From assembly GCF_009914755.1 (NCBI RefSeq), contig NC_060925.1: DNA of 64,000 nt; one strand, 5' to 3'. A program made the position numbers and the translations under genes. Positions 12,899-26,987 of this stretch are shown here, piece by piece. Origin of the DNA: the human T2T-CHM13v2.0 reference genome, Homo sapiens. The notes under the pieces were generated by a model that saw only the letters and a program-made list of their open reading frames with translations, made no database searches and was not told the DNA's origin. The stretch's first letter is position 1; each line of letters opens with the position of its first letter.

Positions 12899-15064
12899 GT
12901 AAGGTGATAGAAAAAAACATAATTTATAGAAGTAATTTTTTATGAATACACAAGCACAAGTCAAAAATAATTGGCTGATCTTTTTAGTCACCTGCAAAAG
13001 TTCATAATTTTGCAAGTGAAAGGGCAGATTCCACTGTAATAGACTCTTTAGCTTTGTAAAGTGAACAGAGTTGGATGTTACATCACTCATATATAGGATT
13101 ATGGGATGCGTGCATTTAAATATGAAGTGAAGAAATATACAGTGCCGTCTTCTGGATTCTAGTTTAGTACCGTTCACTTTGTCCTCCATGCTGTGACAAA
13201 GTCCGTTACTGACATCCCCTTGCTTACAGGAAGAGGCCCACTTTTTGAGGTCCCCAGAAGCCAACAAGCCAGAAATTAAACTAAACACAATCTAAGGAGG
13301 GGGCGGGGTCAGAAAGGAAAGGAAGAGTTAAAGGTGTGTAATTGTGACTTATTCTGTCTTCATTACTAGACTCTGAGATTGGAACCAAGTCTTTGATTTA
13401 TGTATATTCAGCATCTAGCAGAGTGCTGAAACCATAGTAGGTGCTCAATAAATGTTTCTTGAATGAAAACATGTATTTTCAAGGATGTGGAGTTATAATT
13501 GAGTTGGTGAGATTGCCCATGCACCTGCTAACTTGGTCTTCAACTGCATTAGCTTTGCAGAATTATGAGCCAGGGTGAGCTGGGTTAGCATTCTCAAGGT
13601 GAACACCTAATGTTGTCGAAATTGTGGCAGAAGAGGTTGATTTGGCTTTAAAGCAAATTTTTCTTTTGATAATGACGTTTGGTCATGGTTCTTCTACTAG
13701 ATTTAGCAGATGTTATCTTTTTCTTTTTTTCTTAATATTTTACTTATAAAAATTTCAACTATAAAAAAGTTAAAAGACTAAACCAATAACCATCCACATA
13801 CCCTTGAATTAGAGTCAACAATTATTATAGTTAGCCAGATTTGCTTTCCTTTCCTCCTGTCTTTCTTTTCTCTGTGTGTGTGTATGCAGTCAGACATCCA
13901 CAGTACAGTTACATAGCATTAAGGTAATTCTATTACATCATTGACTATCCTGTTTGTATTCATATTTATTCTGTTATCTCAATAATATCTTTTCTAGTTG
14001 ATTAAAATCAGGATGCAATCAAAATTCATGCACTTATTTATTTTTATGCCTTTCAGTCTCTTTTAATGTAGAACAAATTCTCAGCTTATTTTTTTCCTGT
14101 AGCATCGAGTTTTTAAAAAATCCATGCCAGTTATAGAATGCCTCATGTTCTGGATGTGTCTGACTTTTTTTCCCCATTGCCTATGCTCTTGGTAATTCCC
14201 ATGAACTTGCAGCTAGGTATAAGGCTGTGCTGTCCAAATCAGTAACTGCTAGACACATGTGGCAATTTGGTATTTGTATATAACTCGAACTAGATGAACA
14301 CAATTTTTAGTTTTGTTTAACTTTAATTAAATTTTAAAAACGCACACTTAAATTGTTGGAAAACTTTTATGTATGTTTGGAACAAGTTGGGTATGTGAAT
14401 CTACTTTTCCAACCATGTCTTTGGTTCCTGTTTTCGTGCCATTTTAGTCTGCTGGTTTCTTTCTCAGGAACATGGCTGTCTTTCCTCACAGTGTTCTCCC
14501 TGACCTTTTCTCTACACTTCGCTTCTCAAGTGTGTCTTCCAAAGTACTCATTTTTTTCTTTGGTGCTGTTCTGTTCGTAAGCCCTTTCTGTACCTTTAAA
14601 ATTTTAGTTTTCATGCTTTTTTTTTCTTGTCCTTATCTCACCCAGCTCACCTTTTTATCTCAGCTTGCTGTTCTTTCATCTGGTCTGCTGGTTTATTATC
14701 TCAGCATATTTTCCCATTGTGAATTTCCACTCCTATTTTATCGAAGTCGTAACTTGCATCCTGAGGACAGTTGAAATTGTTTTTATGTTTAAGTAGCCTC
14801 CTGCTATTTCAATTTTACTTAGCTTTTTAAAAATAGCAATGATTACTGAATTTTATTAATAAAGAAGATAAAAATCATGTGTTGTGTCTTTTAACTTGTT
14901 GATAAAATAACTAAGTTACCAGACCTCCAATTATTAAAGAGTTCTTAAATTCACAGAGTAAACCCTACTTGACCATAGTGTATGATTCTTTTGAAATTCT
15001 ACTAGATTTAATTAATTAATATGTTATTCAGAATTATTACATGTATATTTACGGGGGAAGTTAA

Positions 15065-15245
15065 TTTCTCTTTATGGACATTGAATTTTGAATTTCATAC
15101 AATCTTTGTGTTTATTAATTTTTATGTGTCACAAAACACCATTCTACTCTGGTCTTTTTTTCAACCATTTAAAAATGTAAACACCATTCTTAGCTCATGG
15201 GCTATACGGAAACAGGTGATGTGCTGTAGTTTGCCAATCCTTGGT
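15065..15245 (+). mobile_element. MER58-like hAT DNA transposon fragment among old L1 pieces
   Basis: tttatggacattgaattttgaatttcat...caaccatttaaaaatgtaaa...cattcttagctc...gtagtttgccaa. Confidence 0.65.
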
Positions 15246-16482
15246 CTAGACTAGTCTGCCATGAAAGGTAGCTGTTCTTTGAAACTTTATCACAGCTCAC
15301 CTGTGAAACCAGCTGGTCCTAGGTCTTTTAAATATTGTATATTAAATTATCTTTTCAATCCTTTTCTAAAGAAACTGGTCAAATAGAGTTGGATTCCTTT
15401 TGATTAGTCTTATTTGGCTAAAAATCTATTCTATTCCCCTGGAATACCCAGTTTTGTTTGGTTGGTTGATTTTTGGTTTTGCCATGGAGTTGCACACAGT
15501 ATTGTATTATTGTAATTTCCCATTCTTTGTGTTTTTACTTTCTGTTTTATCTTTAGCCTGGTTTGTGAGAGCTTTGTTTTATTTATCATCACAAGGAATC
15601 AAATTTTGAGTTTATAAATCTTTTCTAGTACTTTATTTGACTTCTAGTTTAGTAATTTCACTTAATCTTCATTAGTTCCACTTTTCAACTCTCTTTGCTG
15701 TTCTATTTTTAGGACATGAAAACCGCAAGTTCTTTCATTTTAGTCATTCTTTTCTTTATTAATCAGGGCACTTAAGGCTATAATATTTTGCCTTTGAATA
15801 TAGATATATCTGTGTCTCACTCATTTTTTATATAAGGAGTTTCCTCTTTACATTGCTTTCTAGATAATTTATAGTTCCAGTTCCTAGATTTAGTTCAGTA
15901 CACCTGGGTAGGTGTATTAAATTATCTTGCTATAAATGTTGAATGAAGATAAGCACAGATGGGAACAAACGGTTCTACTTATATATAGTACACAACTGAT
16001 CTGTGCTGTCAAAAGTCTGCAAGGTGGTGAACCTTGTGAAGGATAGGGATAGGAAGAGAGCACTAAGGAGGATTTTGAGATACCGTAATGTTTTCTTTCT
16101 TGAGCTGGGTGTTGGTCATGCAGGAATGTTCACTTGTGAAAATCATGGAACTGTTTTCTTAAGATTTTTGCATTTCTCTTTCCTAACATTATAGTTTCAT
16201 AGAAAGTTCAAAAACAAAAAACTATCAAAAGAAAAGAAATATATGTATACATTTTTATCATTTAGATGATTTATAAGCATTGTTCAGTGCTTATTATTGA
16301 CCAGTCTATGTTCAGAACTACTGTATGACTGGTGTGCCAGTGCAACGTTAGCTTTGCTGCTTTGTACCAAGTTTGCTTAGGCTGAGGATCAGTCGTTCAA
16401 TGTAGATATGTGAAAAGGCTCTGCTGTTTGTTTTACTCGACTCATTGCATTTTTTGAGTAGTTCTTTAAAATGATAACTGAG

Positions 16483-16602
16483 ATGGGCAAGGTGATGGGG
16501 GCTTGTAATTCTAGCTATTCAGGAGGCAGAGGGAGAAGGATCACTGAAGCCCAGGAGTTCAAGACCAGCCTGGGCAACATAGCAAGACCCCATCTCAAAA
16601 AA
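16483..16602 (+). mobile_element. Alu monomer (FLAM-like)
   Basis: Single left-arm Alu with A tail. Confidence 0.8.
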
Positions 16603-16815
16603 ATGAAGTAATAACTAAATGAATAAATGGAATGGCTAATTTGTATAGGGAGCTGTGCATATGATTTTATCTGAACGTAACAGCTTCACAGTCCCCTGTA
16701 CCTGCCTTTTGATTCTATCTGTTGTTATGGCTCAGCTGTTTGAGTACACATCTCCCTAACTCTAGTTTGGAAAAGAGACGTTGGGAGTAATGGCCTTATT
16801 TTTGCTTTCTTACAG

Positions 16816-16937
16816 GCTATTATGCATCATGAAGGCCACATGGATGATGGCATAAGTTTGTCGAGATCCCAGCATGAAGAATCACGCACAGCCCGAGTTA
16901 TCCGGAGCACAGTCTTCCTTTTCAATAGATTTATAAG
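16816..16937 (+). CDS. RYR2: RYR2 coding exon (exon 14), 122 nt, phase 0-2, [41 protein letters not shown]
   Basis: tttcttacag| acceptor, AAG|gtactt donor; overlaps ORF 16822..17028; in frame with the previous exon; contains R414/I419/R420. Confidence 0.98.
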
Positions 16938-17211
16938 GTACTTTTTCTTTTGTAGGCGTAGTTGTTTGATACTTCATTTTCATTTCTTTATTGGATATGC
17001 AAATAGACAATTTAAAAGTATGCTATGATGGTAATAAATCTCATACTGTTTGGTAAGTCAGCAGAAACGTTAGGAAGTGTTAATGAGATGATTTAATGTC
17101 TTTCTTTTAAATAAACTTTTAAAAAGAATATGGTTTTGGAAATTGGATGTGTAATTTGTAATTGATAGGTATAGATTAGGATGATTTAATGACTACTTTT
17201 CCTTGTACTGA

Positions 17212-17529
<318 letters not shown>

Positions 17530-19154
17530 TAGTTCCTTTTTCAATGAGGGCAGTGAAGCCTATATAGCTGCGGAGTTTTGATATGTATTTTTTTAAAGTA
17601 ATTCTCATAAGAACTGTTCTTCCACCTAATAATTGCATATCTATAGACTAAATTAAACTTGTGACCAACATGTTTTCTGGTAACATTATACCAACATATG
17701 CTCTGACTTGCGAGAGATTGCATTTGTCTCTTTAAACTTTGCTAATTTGATGGGGGAAACTTTTTGTTGACCATCTTTCTTCATTTATTTTTTCTTTTGT
17801 GTTTAATCCTATTATTTGTTAATATTTCTGTTAAGTTGTTCTGAGCTTTTGTTATGTTTAGAGATATTCATTTCCTGTCATCATAAGTTGCAAACCTTTT
17901 TACCAGTTTATTGGTTTGGGAAAGAATTTGAAAGGATTTTTGTAGTAGTTGAATTGGTAAATTTTTTTTTGGCTTTACAGCATAAAACAAATCTCCCCTA
18001 CTCAAGATTATATTATTTTCTACTTCTTTTATAAACCATCTCTTTTATAAACCATACACACTGTGTGTATATGTGTGTGTGCCTGTATGTAACCAAAAAA
18101 TGTGCACAGCATTTGGCCACACATCCTAAGTGTTTAGTCCATTTTTCTGCCTCGTCTCAACTCCAAGCCTCATCAGATGCAGTAAAGCTTAAATCGAATG
18201 GGGTATGCACCACATTTTTGTATTTTTTATTACTTGTATTACTTTTCAGTATTATTTGTATTCTTGTAGTTTAATATAGTATTTATTTCTTACAGTAAAA
18301 ATTTATTACATTTTAATGCATTATAAAACTAGTCAAGAAGTTCTACTTGGAAATTATAACTTATTTTGGAAACAAACTTAGCCTTTTCATATCTTGTTCT
18401 TCCCACTAGTTTTTCTTTACTAGAGCTGATCAATCCTATGATAGGGATTGAGCAAATTAATCATAAATCTTTGAAATTGTTGATTTTATATTTAGTCAAC
18501 ACTGACTTCTTCAAATATGAGGGACTTTTTAAAATTCAATTTGACTGCTGTAGAGTATTCAGTGGCACTGCAGAGATACCATTTGGTAGGTTAATTTAAT
18601 ACTAGACCAAAAACTGGTTATTTGTTTTGAAAACTATTTTGTGGGAAAGCTACTATCTCAGTGTTATAGACATAATGTAGTGCTAGTATACCATAAGTGA
18701 CATTTTTTTATGCTGGCTGAAATACCAGAATTCATCTTGAATGTGATTTACTTTAGCACATCTGCTCTTTGGAAGAATAATTTTAAAATTTAACTATTAC
18801 TTTTCTGATTAGATAGAGTACCAAGTATGAGAAATTTGGATTCTGTGATAAAAAATGTTGAATTATACACTTTCTGCTTTATTAAATCTTGAAAATTATT
18901 TTTTGTCTGGGCTATTTGAGTGAAATTCATTTGTTATACCTGTCATGATAAAATAGGATGGTTACATTAACCCCTATTAACTATGAAAAGATTTTCTGAT
19001 TCCCAGTCTCATTTTTTCTATTTTCTTTCTTCTTGCCTTGCTCTCTTTTTTCTAACTTTATAAGATGAATGCTGATATTATTGAGACCTTTGTTGACATA
19101 AACATTTAGTGTTATACATTTCTGTTTTTAGTGGTACCTCACACCTTTTGATTT

Positions 19155-19641
<487 letters not shown>

Positions 19642-19659
19642 TGATATGTTTTCTTTCAG

Positions 19660-22010
19660 TTTCCCCTTTGATGACTTCTTTGACCAATAGATTTTTTCAG
19701 TTTCCAAATATTCGGGGATTTCCTGAGTATTTTTCTGTTACTAATTTCTAATTTAATGCCATTATGGTCAGAGAATATACTTTGTGAGACTGATCGCTTT
19801 GAAATTTATTAAGACTTGTTTTATGGCTTAGAATAAACTTTATTTTGGTAAATGTTTCATGTGAATTTGAAAAGAATGTGCATTCTCCTCTTGTTGGGTC
19901 GTGTTCAAAAGTGTCAATTTAGTATTATTTAGATCTTTAATTTCCTTACGTTTTTCAGTCTCTTTGTTCTACTAATTACTGAGAGAAAGGTACTGAAAAG
20001 TGTCTGACTGTAATTGTGGATATCTCTGTTTCTCCTTGCTGCTTGTCACCTTTTCTTGGTGCATTTTGAAGCTCCGTTATTAAGTGCATACCTGTTTAGG
20101 ATTTTGTTCTTTTGATGAACTGACCCCTTTATCATTATGAAATTACCTTCCTTAACTCTGGTAATATTCTTTTCTATGACATGTACTTTGTATAATATGA
20201 ACATAGCCCCTCTAGTTTCCCCCCACCCCACCTTTGGTATTAGCATCCTATGACCTTTAACCTCTTTGTATCTTTACATTTAAAGTGCATTTCTTTTAAG
20301 CAATAAGTAGTTGGGTCTTGCATTTTTGTCCCATTTGATAATCCCTGTTTTAAATTGTATTGTTTAATCCATTTACATTAATATGATTATTGATATAGTA
20401 GGCTTAAGTCTGTCTTCTTCCTATTTGTTTTATATTCGTCCCACCTAGTAATAGGATAAAGAGGAGATACACACACACACGCCACCACCATCACCACCCT
20501 TACACGGGAGCGTGAGAGCATATGGGTTACAAAAAATAAACCACCTAAGAACACTTTGTCATTGTCCCATTTCCTCCTTTTTCTTCCTTCTTTTGGATTA
20601 GCTGAGTATTTTCTATTATTTCATCTTACCTCCTTTTTATTGGTTTATTAGCTGTAATATTTTGTTTGTATTTTAGTGGTTACTTACGGATTAAAGCTGT
20701 AATACTTTATTTGTATTTTAGTGGTTACTTACGGTTTATAGCATGTATCTTTAATTTGCCACAGTCTACCTTTAATTGATATTTTGTCACTCTATGAATA
20801 GTATAAGAACATTATAATAGTATACTTCCCTCCCAGTTTTCGCACTTTGTCATTCATTTTACATTTATAGATGTTATTAATTCCACACTATATTTTTATT
20901 TAAAATCAATTAGTTTTTAAAGAGATTTAAATAACAAAAACATCTATATTTGCACATGTAGTTATCATTTCTAGTGCTCTTTTTGTGTGTGTGTGTGGAT
21001 CTGTATTTTCTTCAGGTATTGTTTTCTTCTGCATGAAGGACTTTCTTTAACATTTCTTATCATGCAAGTCTGCTGGAGATAGACTCTTTTGGCTTTTGTA
21101 CAACTGAAAATGTGTTCTTTGCCTTCATTTTAAGTGATATTTTTGCTGTGTACAGCATTCTAGATTGACAAGTTTTTTTTTTTCTTTGGGTTGACTAATT
21201 TTACTCCCTATTGATGATTGTATTTTATAGTTCTTTATATGCCTGGTTATTTTTGTTTAGTTACCAGACATTGTGAATTTGTTAGGTGCTGGCTATTTTT
21301 ATATTCCTGTAAATATTCTTGAGCTTTTTCCTGGGATGCTGTTAAGTTACCTAGGAAGAGTTTGATTTGTTTGGATCTTGCCTTTAGAGTTTTCTGGGTG
21401 GGAAGAGCAGTGTTTACTCTGGGGCAAGTGATTCCCCACTATTGAGACAAGACCCTCTGAATACTCTATCCAGTGTCCCATGAATTGTAGAGTTTTCCAG
21501 TCTGGCTGCTGGGGACAGGCGCTGTTTTAGGTTCTGTGTGAGGGCCAGTTGCTGTTCCCTCTAATCCTTTCAGGTGATTCTGTTCCCTGCCTTGAGTAGT
21601 TTTCTCATGACATTCTCATCAGTGTTCTGCTGAATATTTGAGGGGGACCTTCTGTAGGTCTCCAGGGTTCCCTCTTGTGAGCCCTTTCCTCTCTGTGTCC
21701 TGTGAATTCTAGCAACCTTGGTCTCCTGGACGCTCAGCAATATCTCTTCAACTCATGGAGACTGTCAGGCCACACCTGGGTTCCCTTCCTGCTCCATGGC
21801 CTGGAAATTCTCCTAGGCAGTAAACTGAGGCAGCTGTAGGACTCACCTGATTTGTTTCCATTCCTCAGGAATTCCTGTCCTTTATTCATTGCTCTCCAGT
21901 GTCTTGAAAGTTTTCATGTTTGTTTGGTCCCTGCCCCGCCACTCCCCATTATACTTTGTTTTTTGGGTTGTTTCAGAGGGAAGGGAAATCCTGCCCTGTC
22001 ACTTTGTCTT
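19660..22010 (-). mobile_element. Old L1M fragments (antisense)
   Basis: T-rich L1 antisense signatures such as ccattatggtcagagaatatactttg and tgacccctttatcattatgaaat; minus-strand ORF 20046..20246 resembles degenerate L1 ORF2 endonuclease (KEGNFIMIKGSVHQ). Confidence 0.75.
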
Positions 22011-22527
22011 GGCCAAATGTAACTCACATCTAGTTGACATGTGCAATGCTTATTTCCAGATGAGATTCCTTGTTCCCCTTGGGAAATGTAGCCTAGAACC
22101 TCTTTGCTAATTCTGCATTGATATTTTTAGCTATCCTCCTCATTACAAACCCATCACAAATTTGCCATATTTTTCTGAGTTATCTAACATCTGCTTTTAA
22201 CAATGTCTCTCCCTTGTGATCACCTGAGAAGTGCCATGGATAAACACAATTAACCTTTCTTTCTCTTGTGCTTAACTGACCTTAATCATGTATTAGCTTT
22301 TTCAAAAACTAAATTTTAATTAAGCTTTCGTTTATTCTCCTTGTTTCTTTTCTATATTTATCCTTTAGTTGTATTATTTAACTCCAGTAATCATGTTTAT
22401 ATTGCATATATATTTATATTGCATATATATATATCCAGTAATCATGTTTCTATTGCATATATATATATAAACTTGCAAGTTTCACTTAAATGCACAGGAG
22501 TATTACCTATTATAAGTCCCAAATTTA

Positions 22528-22610
22528 GGCTGGGCACGGTAGTGACTCGAACCTATAATCCCAGCACTTTGGGAGGCCAAGGTGGGTGGATCACTTGAGG
22601 CCAGGAGTTT
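22528..22610 (+). mobile_element. Truncated Alu left arm
   Basis: ggctgggcacggtag...gccaggagttt, then an abrupt end. Confidence 0.8.
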
Positions 22611-22704
22611 ATCAACAGAGAGTAAACTATATTGTATTCTATGTTCTATACAACAGAATGCTACGCAACCAGTAAAATAATAAGACTTACAAAGTAGCAA
22701 ATTG

Positions 22705-23013
22705 GGCTGAGTGTGGTGGCTCACACCTGTAATCGTAGCACTTTTGGGAGGCTGAGGCTGGCACATCACTTGAGGTCAGGAATTTGAAAGCAGCCTGGCC
22801 AACAGGGATGAAACCCCATCTCTACTAAAAATATAAAAATTAGCTGGATGTGGTGGGCATGAGCCTGTAATCTCAGCTGTTCTGGAGGCTAAGGCTTGAG
22901 AATCACTTAAACCCTGAACTCAGGAGGCAGAGGTTGCAGTGAGCCAAGATCATACCACTGCACTCCAGCCTGGGTGACAGAGTGAAACTCTGTCTCAAAA
23001 AAAAAAAAAAAAA
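22705..23013 (+). mobile_element. AluS
   Basis: Full dimer with A tail. Confidence 0.95.
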
Positions 23014-23385
23014 TTGAAGTCCTGAATTTATATAATTTTTTAATATATTTAGAAGCTTTGAAAAGTTTTACATGATTACTGAGCATTTTAAAGAGCATAT
23101 GCTTTTCAGTAAAATATTTTATTCATTTTATCACATTCATGAAAGCACCGTCTTTAAAATCTCAGTATTTTTACAATATTTTAACCCATGTATTTTTCAG
23201 TTATTTTTTTACTATTAATTTTATTAATGCCAATTTACTTATTACATATTAAGAGACTAATTTAAAAATTTTTACCTTTTGAAAAGAAAGTCAAGATAGT
23301 TAATCATTTGTCTTTTTCTTATGTGGTTTATGTTCTGTGATCCTTCTGTTCTCTCTCTCCCAGGTCACGGTGGTTGTGGTAGTAC

Positions 23386-23473
23386 TGTGTGTGTGTGTGT
23401 GTGTGTGTGTTTGTGTGTGTGTTTGTGTTGTCTTCAGGGAAGGGAGCTCTATTCTTTTGGCCTGGGGTGGGGA

Positions 23474-23504
<31 letters not shown>

Positions 23505-23528
23505 ATGTGTGTGTGTATGTGTGTGTGT
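23386..23528. repeat. Two (TG)n microsatellites
   Basis: Interrupted TG runs at 23386-23429 and 23486-23528. Confidence 0.95.
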
Positions 23529-23599
23529 ATACTTCTAATAGTAATACTCATGAGCATTTAAGTAATACATAATGTGTGTGTATACGTGGAAGTGTTTAA

Positions 23600-23985
23600 A
23601 CATACATATTATATATAATTATATATTATAATGGATATATTATATAGTATATTATAATGTATAGTATAGTATATGTTATATATACTATACAATAGCATAT
23701 ATAATGGCATATATTAGTATATGTATTATATGCTATACTACATAATAGTATAATTAACAATTGTATATATTACATTATATATGTAAAGTATATATTATAC
23801 ATTATATAATATAGTATAAACTATATACTATAGAGTATATTATACATTAATATACTATATCAGCATATACTATTAGTATATACTAATATATACTGTATAT
23901 AATGTATAACCAATATATAATATATAATAAATATATATAATATATAACATAACATATATCATATATTTTATATATACTATATATG
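23600..23985. repeat. (TA)-rich low-complexity tract
   Basis: ~385 bp of degenerate TA/TAG/TAC repeats. Confidence 0.9.
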
Positions 23986-25797
23986 TTTTCATTTTTCTTC
24001 TGGATATATTAATAAATATATTCTTGAAGTAGATGAGAGAGGGGAGGAACCTGTATTTGTTAGGTAATAATATAGTTTAATCTTTAAATTACAAAATGTA
24101 GCCATAAGGTTAATAGCTTTCATTTTTACTCTAGCATAGTGTGATTCTACTATCTTTGGATTTCTGGATGATTTTTTTTCTCCTTGATTCTTGATTATAT
24201 TTTTTGTTCTTCATAAATTAAGATGATATACATCTTTGTATTAGAGGAAAGCCCTGAAACATAACATAATTAATAATTTTAGAAGTTTGGACAACATTTC
24301 TTCTGACAAGAGACTTCTCTTACAAAGTAATTGAATAGTTACATTCCTCATGGTAGATATGTTTATTTCAATGTAATAACCTAAAAACTGACATTTACTG
24401 TTGTTTTCACTTATATTTGAAAATGTGGATACTGAATCATTTTTGAATTTTATTCACTTATTAAGAGTTGAGTTTGAATTTGTTATACATTTATTTATGT
24501 TTAATTGGAGTTAATGGGGTAAAATGTTTAGAAAAATACTTCACTGCATGTGAATTAAATGGGAAAAATAATTTTCTATTGAAAAGTCACTCTTGCATTT
24601 TGGGCACAGAAAAACTTATAGAGGCGATAAAACTTGGGGGTAGGTAGGTGAATTCTGTTGATATATAATTGGTATAGAATTTCAGGCAAAAACTTTAAAA
24701 TAGTTGTACAGTTTTACTGTTTCTACTGTTTGATAAAGCTGAAATCAAATATTCCAAAATCATTAGCAATCTTTGTGGAAGTGATGACATATTTTAAATA
24801 ATGTTTTAAAACTATAAAGTTCAAAGCTAATTCTCATTAATGAGTATTTTATTGTTTTGTAATGTAAGTTCCAGCATAGTCAGAAAATTAGTCAGAAACA
24901 TTTGCTTGAAATAAAATGTTACCATACAGTTTTGCTAATACAGAGAGCAGGAATGGAAGTGTAATATTTCTATGCATTAACAACTTGTCATGGCTATAGA
25001 ATATTACAATATCAACTACAGTAGAGATATTGTCCCATTCTTTTATTGTATGCATTGTTTTAAAAAATATTTTTATTTTGAAATACTTTTGATCTGTAGA
25101 CATGTTATAAAGTTCTTTTCAGATACATTCAAAGCTATGAGTTTAAAAACTGAGAATCTCAGTAAGCTCAACAAATTAACACATTTACATGCCAGTAATA
25201 TATCTTTCTTCCAAGGCTAGAAAATACTTCATGATATTTTTGTTAGTATAACTTTTAAATGCATTTCTTTCAGATAATAGAAAAGCATTTTAATATATAT
25301 TTACCGTTTCATAAGCAGATTTTCTAAATTAACATCATTAGAATATATTTTTGAACTCACAGGAATTAAACAGAATGGCAAGCTAGGGTCCATGAAAACT
25401 TAGGAATTCCTTTTTGAAGACAAACCACAAGGAAATGTCAGAATTATGAATCTGGGAAGATGAAGCCTGAAGCCTTAAAGTGTGTAGTGCTTTCCAATGA
25501 AAATCCACTGGTTTCTGAACATTCCAACTATCGGTTTTGTAGACACTGTTCCTGTAGCCTATGAGGTTATTCTCTGGGTGAGTGGCCGTGGATACTGCTT
25601 TTTATAACATAACATTGCACAGTTTCTGACTTGAATCAGAATCCATGATCACTGCTTTTGGAGCAGGAGGACCTTTCTGACATGTCCCTTTTACAGTGAT
25701 GTAGGGAGAGAGATTAATGCCTGAAATCATCTATAAATGGAAAAATGATAAAATTGTGAATCACTGACAATAGAGAAATGTTTATGGTTTATTTTAG

Positions 25798-25981
25798 GGG
25801 CCTTGATGCTCTCAGCAAGAAAGCGAAGGCTTCCACAGTCGATTTGCCTATAGAGTCCGTAAGTCTAAGTCTGCAGGATCTCATTGGCTACTTCCACCCC
25901 CCAGATGAGCATTTAGAGCATGAAGACAAACAGAACAGACTACGAGCCCTGAAGAATCGGCAAAATCTCTTCCAGGAAGAG
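25798..25981 (+). CDS. RYR2: RYR2 coding exon (exon 15), 184 nt, phase 2-0, GLDALSKKAKASTVDLPIESVSLSLQDLIGYFHPPDEHLEHEDKQNRLRALKNRQNLFQEE
   Basis: attttag| acceptor, GAG|gtccgt donor; overlaps ORF 25778..26131; RyR/IP3R-typical RQNLFQEE motif. Confidence 0.98.
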
Positions 25982-26770
25982 GTCCGTTTCTATCAACACT
26001 CATTTCTCTTCTGTTATTCTCTTGTAAAAACAGCTTCTTGGTTGGGAAAATTTTCCATCTATTTTGACCATCTTTGCGTTTTGCAATATAGAGGAGAAAG
26101 TATACTACTGAACAGGAGAAACAGGCCTTAGAGAAATCTCAACATGATTTTTATTTATTTATACTATCCATGAGTATTAATTTAAAAACATGAATCTTTT
26201 CATTCTCCTGGCAAGAGACATTTACTGTCTGCTCAGCCCTCACCCTGGTCTTTTGCAAGCACTATAGTTCTCTTCATGTGGGTTATATCAATTAAGAATC
26301 TCAAAGTGTCTGTACGAATACAGGCTTTAGAAAGCATCAGGGTTTTCAAACTATTCAGCAGGTGCTCCTTGGAAATGGCCCAGGATCTATAGGAAGCTTC
26401 GTGTTGGGGATGGAAGCTGTCAGGAGAGGGCTACCGGAGTAGGCTGAGCTCCAGGAACCCTACTTGGACAGAGCAACCCTACCCTTCTCCTTTGCATCTA
26501 TTACATTTCCATGTATGATTGTATTGCCCCAAAAGTTTCACTGCTAAAAAGAACTCAAGTGTCATATTTTACAAACAATAAAAGAAGGACCAAATGATAT
26601 ATCTCATGTTCTAATATAGTCAGGAGCTTCGTTGGAGACTACGAGGGTTGATGGGATAAATCAGGCTTGTTCAGCTGGATTCCCATTCTTTTCAATGCAT
26701 CTTGTATGCAGAATAATGATTTTTTTCTGAATAAATACTTAGCTTTGTAAAAGTAACAAAAAAGGTTATT

Positions 26771-26987
26771 CATTGAGTACACATGGACACAAAGAGGGGA
26801 ACAATAAATACCAGGGCCTACTTGAGGGTGGAGGGTGGGAGGAGGGCAAGGGTCGAGAAACTACCTATCAGGTATTCTGCTCACTATCTGGGTGATGAAA
26901 TCATTTATACTTCAAACCCCAGTGACACGCAATATACCCACATAACAAACCTGCACATGTAACCCCCAAAGCCTAAAATAAAAGTTG
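26771..26987 (+). mobile_element. L1 (older L1PA/PB) 3' end
   Basis: cattgagtacacatggacacaaag...aacaaacctgcacatgta...ctaaaataaaagttg. Confidence 0.85.

Noticed and set aside
12836-13288. Longest ORF (150 aa, minus strand) overlapping exon 13
   Set aside because: Non-ATG start, no recognisable domain; expected by chance in 64 kb.
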